64,000 nucleotides of DNA, taken from IMG/VR virus record IMGVR_UViG_3300022719_000283, positions 124,067 to 188,066 of that record; one strand, 5' to 3'. Shown here in pieces: positions 1 to 8,739 of the stretch. The notes beneath the pieces are model-generated. The model was not told where the DNA came from and ran no database searches. It saw nothing but the letters and a program-made list of their open reading frames with translations. The stretch's first letter is position 1, and each line of letters opens with the position of its first letter. The stretch is from a virus. Its lineage: Duplodnaviria; Heunggongvirae; Uroviricota; Caudoviricetes. A program made the position numbers and the translations under genes.

Positions 1-2
1 AA

Positions 3-3000
3 GAAATCAGTGCGCTCAGGGAAGATTCGTGAGAACCGGCTGGGCTGTCCGAGCACACGATACAGGCCAAAGGCTTCAAGTCGCAGCGGGAACAACCGCA
101 ACCGTTTGCGAGTACGAGAAAAAAGGACGAGATCGTCTACGTCGTTGGTGGCAAGCTCACGCTGTAGGAGCTGGAGGTCGGACAAAAAGTCGGGGTCGAT
201 GAACGGACCCTCGAGCTGGTCCCCAGCAACATCGAAATCCGTGGGGTCTACCACCGGGTCTCGACGCATGAACGTGGCCTTGGGGTTGTATCCGAAGAAG
301 ACTTCCGAGAAGAGGTTCCGTCGGTTTAGTTCGCCCGAAATCGAATCCTCGTACCCAGGAGGAGGCACATCCTTACCGCGACCGATGAAGAACTGAAACT
401 TGCCATCTCGGTCCCCGATGATGTTGCCGGTGATGGTCTCGAGGATCTGCTCGAAGTTGATGATGTTGACGTTGTAGAACTCAAGGAACACTCGAGCTGC
501 CCGGTCAGTGTCCTCCAAGTCCCGAAGCTGCGACTTGAGCCCCAGGCGCCCTTGATTGGCATTTTCAACAGGAGGTACGACGGCAGGAGCAGGCCCTTGT
601 GAAGGAAGCTGAGCCGCGATGTCCTGAGCCACTTGATCAGCCACCTCGCCGATGTAGTTGAGCAGAGGGACTGTCCGGTAGAAGAAAGTGTCCGGGTTCG
701 AGAACGTGTACGTGGCCCGGAGGATTTTCCCAAGGCGTCCGTTGCCTGGCTCGCCGGTGATGGGATCTTCCTCGGCGGTCGGTGGCGTGATGTAGACAAA
801 CCGCGCGTCGAAACGGGGATTCAGTAGGACCGTGTTCGCCAGGATAGGAGTCAGAATACGCTGCTGCGTGTGGCGAAGGTACAAGCTTTGCGTTGGCTGG
901 AGCGCACCCTGTGGAGGATTGAGGAACTCCACCGAACCATCATCGACGTTGAGCACATAGTCGATCGACGGGCGGAGCGTGCGCCCAGGAAGTAGGTTGC
1001 CATCATCATCACGTTCTCCGAACAGAATCAGCTCAGAAGGCTCGGTGTCGATCACTGCACCGCGCCCGATGAACTGCTCTGGCAAAGGTTGATAGACAGG
1101 GCGCACGCTGATCTTGGCGGTGTCTTGCCCGAAGGCAAACCCCCGAGGGAAAAAACTGGTGATGTCGATCTGCGTACGAGTACCGTTGTCGATCAACGTG
1201 GAGCCCGAAATGAGGAAAGGGATGCCTCCGAGCTCCAGCAGATGGCCGACGACCGCTACTGCCGTCAAGTCTCCTGCAAACAGGATGCTTTGGAACCCGC
1301 GATTTACGGGCTCATAGGAGTTGTTGATGTCGAGCCAAAAACCTTCAGGAGCATCAGGTGTGATGTCCGTCGCGAGAGGAATGTCGGAAAGCAACGACAA
1401 GGAATCAGATCCCGGGTCCCGCGATCCCGCCTCGAGCTGTGTCTCCGGCGTGAACTCCACGGTCGTGACGTCCGTGGTGGCGTTGTAGCTGGACGCGGTG
1501 ATGTAGAAGGGGAACTGTGCAACCCGAAGCAGCTTGCCGGGTGAGACGTCCGAAGTCCGATCCGTCTCGAGCGCGAAACTCGTCTGGTCGGCCTCAATCC
1601 GGAAAGGAGGTCGGTACACAGGGGACTGGCTGACGGTATAAGTCTGCTCTCCTCCGAACGCCTCGAACACCGCGTAGGTGATGAGTGCGGTACTAGATGC
1701 GTCTACCTCTTCCTCAAGAATGACTCGGTACACCTCCTGATCGTTGTCGATCTCGAAAGAGGCCACCGGAGAGCTGCCGATGTTGTAAAGCGTCGAGTTA
1801 ATGTAGAAGGCCGGCTCGTTTTCGATGTCGTCGTCAACGGTTCGGTTAGTCGGGTTGAACGACCATCGTTTGGTCGGGCTCGGGTCCAAGGACGTTGCAG
1901 GATCGAGTCGGACAAAGGTCGGAAGCTGCTCCGTCACCTCCACTGGCTGCAACCCACTTTCAGGGTCCTCCGGATCAATAGGCTCCAGGAACAGGTTGCC
2001 CGTGCCGTTTTCCGCACGGAAGTAGTTGACCTCGACAATTTGGAATTCTCGGAGAGGTTTCGTGAAAAGCAGCGAACCCTGAATCGGGTTGAGCGTCACA
2101 TCAACGCCTCCAGTCGGGTTCATTTGCTCGACGAGATACACCTTGTTTCCTCCGAAGAGCGTGAAGGCTCCTTCAGGGAAATTGAGCTCTCCTATGTCGG
2201 GTTTGTACTCGACAACAGCCGAATCCAGAAGCGACGGAGATAGGAACTCTTCGACGTAGATGGCGTCCTGGCCATCGAACTGCTCGAATACTTCGGACCC
2301 GAAGTTGAGAAGCCCCGAGACCTCTTGGACTTCGATCACATCTCCCATCAGGGGGAAGGTGAGCGCCCCAGCCACCTTGACCAGGTCCCCGTTGGCAAAG
2401 GTGTAGGTCTTGGTGCCTACCCGAATCGAGAAGGCATCGTCATCAAACCTAGCCCCCGTAGGATCAGGGACGTTGCGAGCCGAGTTGAGAATGGTCCCCA
2501 AGTTCGTTTGGGTAAGACCAATCATCGAACCGATTCCTGAATCGGGCTCAAGACCATATCGGATAGAGATGGCCCGGTCTGAAGCCAGTGCGTCGCCCAG
2601 AACAGCCACCAGACGGTTGCTCTTTTGTTCGGCCGCACTAGTAGGCACGTCTCCCAGAAGCGACAAGACACGAACCTTCCACGGGTCTTCCGGCAGGTGT
2701 TGGAACTGAACGTATTGGGAGTCAGCAACTACCCCGAGGTCGAACTCATCACGGGTCTTTCCTTCGTAGAGCTCCCAAGGAACCACCGAATCAGTGGCCG
2801 GGAAAGGTTGTTCGACCGTCAACGAATTCGTGCTTGTAGCGTCTGCGGCGACAATGTACGTGCCTTCTGCATCACCTTGCGTGATCTTGAGTTGCCACCC
2901 GGCCTCCACCCCCAGGGCTACAAAATCAACATCCGGGGAGTTATCCGTGAACGTGGTACCTCCAGCCGTGAAGAACCCCCGCGCTCCAAGCTGTTTTTGA

Positions 3001-5714
3001 GCTCCTACCGTCTCGATGAAGAAGGCCAAACCGGAATCCCCGTCGGAATCCAGGAGGAAATCTTCGTTGAGAATCTGCTCTTCGAAGGGTTGCCCGAACG
3101 TCGAGAGGCGCAACCCTTTTCCGGGAAGGCGGAAAGAGTTCGGGATGACTGGAGCCTCTCCCAGGAAAATGTTGTTCGTAGCCTGCTGGATCGTCTGCTG
3201 TTCGCTGCTCTCGTCAGCCCACGAGAACTTGCCCTGACCAAACTGGTAGAAGACCTCTTCGTAGTTCTCCAGGTTAAACTGCACGAGCCCGTCCTGGATC
3301 TGGAAGAAGATGTTCTCGTCATAGCCCGCCACATCTTCGAGAGGCACTCGATCCAGAATGAAGACGGGTGTGCCACTAATGCTCGAAACCAGGACCTCAT
3401 CTTCGAATCGGGCGATGTGGTTCGTGTCCGCAATGTCGTCCTTGGCACCGTTCAGGTTAAAGGGGCTCCGGAAAACCCCCAAGGAGCTACCGTTATCCGG
3501 CAGCCAGCGGAGGTCAGGTGGGGTAACGCCAACGTTGGGCGAAGCAATGCGCACCCTCCAACCTGGCAAGAACCCCAACGCGACCGGTCCAACCAAATCC
3601 TTCGCTCCACTGGGTCCGTAACCGATCTCGAGGTCTCCATAACGGAAATCCCCGATGACCAATGTCGAACGCATGACAAGGCGCCCGTTCTGGGCCACGA
3701 ACTCCCCATTAGCCGGAGTCACCGCGTTGAGGCTTGTTGCCATCTCTTCGGCTGTGAAGGTGCCTCCGGCCGATGTCGGGATGCCTCCTGGATCGGTCGA
3801 GGCATCCCATGTCATTTGCTGGCTGTTGATTGCGAAAACCAGGATCTCGTTTCCGACCAACGTCCACTGGTTTCGAACGCGAGAGACCATCCGGCAATCT
3901 TCGGCGTAGACCGAAGGCTGAATTGCGGATTGGAGGAAGTACATCGGTTCGCCCTCGAAGCGCTTGAGATCCTGGCGCCCCAAAATGACTTCACTGCCTC
4001 CCGAACCGAGTCGCTTGTCGACCCAGGCGGTGCCACGAGGAATCCGGAACCGGAACCGGGGGACTTCGTCGTCATCATCGAACGTGACGATGGAACGGAT
4101 CTGTCCGCTCTGTGTGAAAAGGACGACATCCCATGGCCCATCGATCTCACGAACGAGGCCCGACCCTCCGCCAAACCGAATCCCCGCTGGCACAGAGGTG
4201 TTGGGAACCGTCCCGGTTGTGTCCGGGACATGCACGACTCCAGATACCCCTGGGGTGGGGGTCGGTACTGCGTCAGGGATGAAGATGCTGTGGTTCTTTC
4301 CATCAACCACCGTGGGCGACCCTCCGCTGTCCACTAACTGCACAGCTTGGCGGAGAGGCACAGGGCGCCGAGTGAGGGAAACACCGTCGTAAAACACCTG
4401 GGCGCCGAGATAGGTGTTGTCGAAACCAGGGTCCTCCGGATCGGCCTTGACGAGATCAGCGTCCGAGAACTTCAGCCGCCCCGTCGAAAGCGCGACCCCA
4501 ACTTGACCCTCTTCGAGGGTGATCAACGCGAGGTCTGCTTCGGTATCCGCAAACTTGACCTCCAGAGGATTACGTGACCCGATCCGGACGAAGGGGTAAT
4601 CCGTAGGGCCAGGAATCGGCGCAAGAAACAGAAGATCGAGATTCGCGTTCTCGAGGTCCCCGAGTGGCTCCGCTTCTTCTTGATCGACGAATTGGTCGTA
4701 CGAATAGAAGATGGTCTGGCCAGCAAACTCTTCGACGAAAGCCGGATTCCACTTTAGGGTGCCCGTCCCGGAAGACACCACTCCAGCGAGCTCGGGCTCA
4801 GCCCCGAAATCGAACTCCTCTACCTCCGCATCCGTGACGACCTTGATGCCGCTAAACCCGGATGCCGCCACTGGAGGGGCTACAGGGACGGAGGAGGCGT
4901 CAGGACGGCTCCCAAGGCGCACCATGCAGTAGGAGTCGGGGTCAGAGCTATCGCCCGGCAGGAAGGCTCCTGGCGTCACCAAAGGGACAGGGGCCAGCGT
5001 GTACTCGGTATCCGCCAGGAGAGCTCCCAAGTTGCGCGGAGGAGTGCCGCGCAAAGGGCGCCACCGGTCCAATTGCCCATCCCAGATGAACCGGTTTCCG
5101 TAGATGTCGTTTTTGGACCACCAAAACGTGGGGGCCGAAACCTCGTATTGGAGCTCAACCGCCCGATCACCTCGGATGCTCGACACACCCCCGCCGAGGT
5201 TGGCCAAGGTGGCGGCGTCCGTAATCGTGAAAACGCTGGTTACGGGATTCCATGTTCCGTTGCCAACAAGTTGGAATTCCCCATCGGTGTCCCCCCGACG
5301 GACGATGAGACTGGTTACCTCAGCGATACTGCGGTTGGCATCATCAATGATGATGACGCGGTCCGACCCCGTGGTTCCCGCAAAGATGGTGTTGGTGTTG
5401 GTGACCGGAACATTCCCAGTCGGGAAGGAGGCCGTGCCTTCCCCGCTCACCTCGAACCCGGCTACGTCAGCCAGGTTGGCCGTGTTGGCAGACCAGACCA
5501 AGTACTCGGTTTGGCCGTCATCCGGGCGCAGAAGCACGGCAGAGCGATACTGATCCGCAGCCAGCTCGACGAGCTCGGGAGACGTGATCTCGTAATCCGA
5601 GCTAAGCGGCTTGAAGTCCCTGTCGACGCCATTAGAAGCCTCTTCCGTCGTCGTTTCATTGGACGGGGCAGTGCGTGGCGCACGAAGGACAAATCCGGAG
5701 AAATCGAAACCCAT
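3..5714 (-). CDS. Very large (>1904 aa) acidic, beta-rich virion structural protein, probably baseplate-associated; 3' end runs off the window
   Basis: ATG at 5714 (MGFDFSGFVLRAPRTAPS...), 9 nt after the stop of the 194-aa gene. The frame is still open at the left edge (...YRVLGQPSRFSRIFPERTDF). It is absent from the ORF track, consistent with no stop in the window. It follows the spike genes, where baseplate wedge genes usually lie. Confidence 0.75.
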   Translation of the reverse strand, partial: MGFDFSGFVLRAPRTAPSNETTTEEASNGVDRDFKPLSSDYEITSPELVELAADQYRSAVLLRPDDGQTEYLVWSANTANLADVAGFEVSGEGTASFPTGNVPVTNTNTIFAGTTGSDRVIIIDDANRSIAEVTSLIVRRGDTDGEFQLVGNGTWNPVTSVFTITDAATLANLGGGVSSIRGDRAVELQYEVSAPTFWWSKNDIYGNRFIWDGQLDRWRPLRGTPPRNLGALLADTEYTLAPVPLVTPGAFLPGDSSDPDSYCMVRLGSRPDASSVPVAPPVAASGFSGIKVVTDAEVEEFDFGAEPELAGVVSSGTGTLKWNPAFVEEFAGQTIFYSYDQFVDQEEAEPLGDLENANLDLLFLAPIPGPTDYPFVRIGSRNPLEVKFADTEADLALITLEEGQVGVALSTGRLKFSDADLVKADPEDPGFDNTYLGAQVFYDGVSLTRRPVPLRQAVQLVDSGGSPTVVDGKNHSIFIPDAVPTPTPGVSGVVHVPDTTGTVPNTSVPAGIRFGGGSGLVREIDGPWDVVLFTQSGQIRSIVTFDDDDEVPRFRFRIPRGTAWVDKRLGSGGSEVILGRQDLKRFEGEPMYFLQSAIQPSVYAEDCRMVSRVRNQWTLVGNEILVFAINSQQMTWDASTDPGGIPTSAGGTFTAEEMATSLNAVTPANGEFVAQNGRLVMRSTLVIGDFRYGDLEIGYGPSGAKDLVGPVALGFLPGWRVRIASPNVGVTPPDLRWLPDNGSSLGVFRSPFNLNGAKDDIADTNHIARFEDEVLVSSISGTPVFILDRVPLEDVAGYDENIFFQIQDGLVQFNLENYEEVFYQFGQGKFSWADESSEQQTIQQATNNIFLGEAPVIPNSFRLPGKGLRLSTFGQPFEEQILNEDFLLDSDGDSGLAFFIETVGAQKQLGARGFFTAGGTTFTDNSPDVDFVALGVEAGWQLKITQGDAEGTYIVAADATSTNSLTVEQPFPATDSVVPWELYEGKTRDEFDLGVVADSQYVQFQHLPEDPWKVRVLSLLGDVPTSAAEQKSNRLVAVLGDALASDRAISIRYGLEPDSGIGSMIGLTQTNLGTILNSARNVPDPTGARFDDDAFSIRVGTKTYTFANGDLVKVAGALTFPLMGDVIEVQEVSGLLNFGSEVFEQFDGQDAIYVEEFLSPSLLDSAVVEYKPDIGELNFPEGAFTLFGGNKVYLVEQMNPTGGVDVTLNPIQGSLLFTKPLREFQIVEVNYFRAENGTGNLFLEPIDPEDPESGLQPVEVTEQLPTFVRLDPATSLDPSPTKRWSFNPTNRTVDDDIENEPAFYINSTLYNIGSSPVASFEIDNDQEVYRVILEEEVDASSTALITYAVFEAFGGEQTYTVSQSPVYRPPFRIEADQTSFALETDRTSDVSPGKLLRVAQFPFYITASSYNATTDVTTVEFTPETQLEAGSRDPGSDSLSLLSDIPLATDITPDAPEGFWLDINNSYEPVNRGFQSILFAGDLTAVAVVGHLLELGGIPFLISGSTLIDNGTRTQIDITSFFPRGFAFGQDTAKISVRPVYQPLPEQFIGRGAVIDTEPSELILFGERDDDGNLLPGRTLRPSIDYVLNVDDGSVEFLNPPQGALQPTQSLYLRHTQQRILTPILANTVLLNPRFDARFVYITPPTAEEDPITGEPGNGRLGKILRATYTFSNPDTFFYRTVPLLNYIGEVADQVAQDIAAQLPSQGPAPAVVPPVENANQGRLGLKSQLRDLEDTDRAARVFLEFYNVNIINFEQILETITGNIIGDRDGKFQFFIGRGKDVPPPGYEDSISGELNRRNLFSEVFFGYNPKATFMRRDPVVDPTDFDVAGDQLEGPFIDPDFLSDLQLLQRELATNDVDDLVLFSRTRKRLRLFPLRLEAFGLYRVLGQPSRFSRIFPERTDF

Positions 5715-5723
5715 AGGGACTGC

Positions 5724-6308
5724 TCAAAATATTACCGAGACACTGGTACCAGAAGCTCCGGTAGGTGAAGCGCTTCCTACGACGCCCCCGATACCAGTCC
5801 CAGTAAGGACAATGTTTGCGATCCCCATCGCAACCCCCGAAGCGAACTGAGGAGCGTTCGACCCGGCGACCGACTGCCCTTGGAGATTTGCGATGAGGAT
5901 GGGCACCAAGGTTGCGGAGTTCGCGTTGGAAGTTTTTGATGTATCGGACCCTGTGCCCACGGCCGCCGAGGTTCCGGTGTACTGGGCAGACGCGTTCAAA
6001 GCCGACAAGACCCCGGCCCCGATGGCCAAGCCGATGCCAGAGGAGGAAGGCCCTGAAACCCCAACTTGAGCTAGGCCGGCGGACACCAAGTTGGGAGCTC
6101 CGGAGAAGAGCATCTTGCCATTGACTGTCCCAGTCCCTGCGGTTCCTGCCGTGACTCCCTGCACGGTGACGTTCGCAGGCACCGAAACCCACGAAAGAAT
6201 GGAACGAGCGACCGCACTGGCAATACGAGGAGTGACCTGTGAGCCCGGGTACCTGGCCTGAGCTGCGGCGATGATGGCTCCGCTGATTGCTGAGGTAGAA
6301 AGCGCCAT
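5724..6308 (-). CDS. Gly/Ala/Ser-rich 194-aa protein, candidate spike-tip (PAAR/gp5.4 position)
   Basis: Directly downstream of the spike gene; only 6 charged residues; three internal pseudo-repeats. Confidence 0.55.
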   Translation of the reverse strand: MALSTSAISGAIIAAAQARYPGSQVTPRIASAVARSILSWVSVPANVTVQGVTAGTAGTGTVNGKMLFSGAPNLVSAGLAQVGVSGPSSSGIGLAIGAGVLSALNASAQYTGTSAAVGTGSDTSKTSNANSATLVPILIANLQGQSVAGSNAPQFASGVAMGIANIVLTGTGIGGVVGSASPTGASGTSVSVIF

Positions 6309-6312
6309 GACG

Positions 6313-8739
6313 TCAGATCGGCAGACCGAGGCGGTGACCAGTGCTGCCCATGCCGAAGAAAGAGAAAGGAAGGTTGGTGAGAGGGTCCCGATCTGTGCTG
6401 CTGATGATGCGGCCCGGAGTCCCCGATGCCCCCAACGTGGTCACGTTACCGGAAAGCTTGGCTTGCCCCACGGCTTTCAGAGTAATGGATGCGAGAGCTG
6501 AAATGGTGGTCGCGAGGGTCGAAGTCATCTGGGTAGTCGTAATGGAGGTCATCCGAATCCCAGAAGACGTGCCGACCTCGATCGAGTTGAGACCTGCCTG
6601 GTTGGTCACTGTACCCACGCGAGTCTGGTAAGTGATGTCGCCCACAAACACAGTGGTGCTGTGACTTCCAACCCTGAACCGCTCGTCGCGATCTCCGAAC
6701 AACATCGTGTACGTGTCCGTGTCGCCTCCAGCGTGGCCCGTCAGGGGAGTGCCAATGAACTTGGTCTCTCGAAAGGGAGCGTTTGTAGGCAAAAAGCCCT
6801 TGGGCCCCGAGTACAGGTTTGTTTCGCGGCCTTGAACCGTCTTGTCGTGCGTGTTGCACTGAAGCAGCTTCTTGTCAGCGAGAACGTTGATGTTCTGCTT
6901 CGCCGACATGAGAATTTCGTTCGTATCGACGAGCTGGATCCCGTTGGCCCCAGTGATCTTCGTGAAACGCCCGGACTTGATGTGCGTGTTCCCGCTGGGA
7001 CTTTCCACGAGAACCGAGGGGAAAGTGTTCTCTTGAAGGTCCGTACTCGTGGTTCGAGCCGAAAACGTGCCTTCCGTGGTGGGAGCATTGCCGCGAATCG
7101 CCACGGCCCCCGTATCCGAAGAGATCACGGCAGCGAAGTTGTTGATCGGGTCCGCGTTGCGGAAATTGAGCACCGTGTTCGGGGCATCGAAAACCAAAGG
7201 ACCGTTGGACTGGAGGCGCATACCACCATTGAGGGCGAGCTCGAGGGAGTTTTGATCCTGGGGACCTCCGATGAACCCTTTGACACGACCGTCTTTCGTA
7301 GTCGAAAGGAACATGGGTGGCAGGCGTGACGGATCGTCGACGGGTGGCACGACACTGAAAAGACTCGCGGCGTGCTCCCCTAAAGGCACCCCCAGGCCCG
7401 AATCCATACGAGGGTCCACGCGCGACTCCGAGAAAATCCGAGGAACCAACGGAAGCCCGTAGAGCTCACGTCCTCGTTGGGTGTAGGGATCGTTACCGAC
7501 TACCGATCCTAGGACCCACTGGAGATAGGGGCCCGCGTTAGACATCGCAGTGACCTGCGCAGAGTTCGAAGGAAGCCGATCCGCATCAAAACCATCGGTC
7601 TGTTCCGTTACCGGCAAAGTCCCATCCCACGAGTGATCGAGCTCAATCCGGTACTCGGTTAAGGTGTCGGCCTCGGCCCCGTCCAAAGCCGTAAGCGAAT
7701 TCGTCGGGAGCGTATTGTTCTCGGGGTTGGGATCGATGGCCACTCGCCACATAGGCTTGCCGCCGTACTCCGCGGAAGAAAAGGCCCGCGAGCTGTCAAA
7801 GACGAACCCATCCGAACCGATGAAGAGCCCTCGTGCCAAAAACGAGTAAGGATCCACGTTGCTATCAATGGAGATTCCGCTATCGGCAAAAGGCAACGTG
7901 GAGTCCGACCGAAGAAATACCGGGTGCGGAGTCAGACCCCCTTCGGGCACCGAAGAAGAGCCAAGCTCCGACGAAGGAAGAGGGTCGCCGTTCTCATCAA
8001 CCTGGATCCCCGCAGCCCAATCCGTGCCATCGCTGAACATACGGGACGGAAGAAATTGAGCGTCACGTTGGACCATTCCGGCATAAACACGAGCTCCTCC
8101 CATCGCGTGAAACTGCTGCAACGAACGCAGCACGATGGCCTGGTCCTGATCACGCAAACGGATCTCGGTGGATCGACGATTCGTGATCAGGACACTCTCA
8201 TCGAGGTAGATGTCCGACCCTTGACTCGAGGACAAGCAAATGGCACCAGGACGCATGGCCTTCATCTTGTGGCGGTAGCGACCATAGATGCCCTCATAGT
8301 GCGCCTGTGTCTGAGGGTTCATGTCGACCTCGGTCGGCATGAACGATTGCAAAGGAGTCCATTCGTTACCCGACTGCGTGGCAATCGGCATGTACGTCAA
8401 GATGATCGGAACCTTTGAATCCGAAGACAGCCAGCCGATGATACAAACGTCACCGGGCTCCGGCAGCGATCCAATGAAGTGCCGGGACCCGGCTCCAGGA
8501 CACCCCACCGGGATCGGGCTCCAATCGAAGTAGTCCTTCTCCCCATGGATGACCTGGATCTGGATCTGGAGTTTCGCATAATCCACCCGCACCACACGGG
8601 CGACTCCCAAGGCGTAAGCCGCCGGTCCGGTGCTTGGATCTTGAGTACGGGTGATGTACTGCCCGGACACATCCCCCTTCATCTTGGAAGTGGGGATAGT
8701 CGTCTCGGGGATCGTGGAAGGAGGTCGGTTGCTGGCCAT
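6313..8739 (-). CDS. Baseplate central spike (gp5/gpV/VgrG-like) with N-terminal OB-fold
   Basis: The N-terminus ALGVARVVRVDY...GSLPEPGDVCIIGWL...PIILTY fits the gpV/gp5 OB-fold pattern. The C-terminal Thr/Gly/Val-rich segment resembles a beta-helix. It follows the hub gene with a TAATG overlap. Confidence 0.75.
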   Translation of the reverse strand: MASNRPPSTIPETTIPTSKMKGDVSGQYITRTQDPSTGPAAYALGVARVVRVDYAKLQIQIQVIHGEKDYFDWSPIPVGCPGAGSRHFIGSLPEPGDVCIIGWLSSDSKVPIILTYMPIATQSGNEWTPLQSFMPTEVDMNPQTQAHYEGIYGRYRHKMKAMRPGAICLSSSQGSDIYLDESVLITNRRSTEIRLRDQDQAIVLRSLQQFHAMGGARVYAGMVQRDAQFLPSRMFSDGTDWAAGIQVDENGDPLPSSELGSSSVPEGGLTPHPVFLRSDSTLPFADSGISIDSNVDPYSFLARGLFIGSDGFVFDSSRAFSSAEYGGKPMWRVAIDPNPENNTLPTNSLTALDGAEADTLTEYRIELDHSWDGTLPVTEQTDGFDADRLPSNSAQVTAMSNAGPYLQWVLGSVVGNDPYTQRGRELYGLPLVPRIFSESRVDPRMDSGLGVPLGEHAASLFSVVPPVDDPSRLPPMFLSTTKDGRVKGFIGGPQDQNSLELALNGGMRLQSNGPLVFDAPNTVLNFRNADPINNFAAVISSDTGAVAIRGNAPTTEGTFSARTTSTDLQENTFPSVLVESPSGNTHIKSGRFTKITGANGIQLVDTNEILMSAKQNINVLADKKLLQCNTHDKTVQGRETNLYSGPKGFLPTNAPFRETKFIGTPLTGHAGGDTDTYTMLFGDRDERFRVGSHSTTVFVGDITYQTRVGTVTNQAGLNSIEVGTSSGIRMTSITTTQMTSTLATTISALASITLKAVGQAKLSGNVTTLGASGTPGRIISSTDRDPLTNLPFSFFGMGSTGHRLGLPI

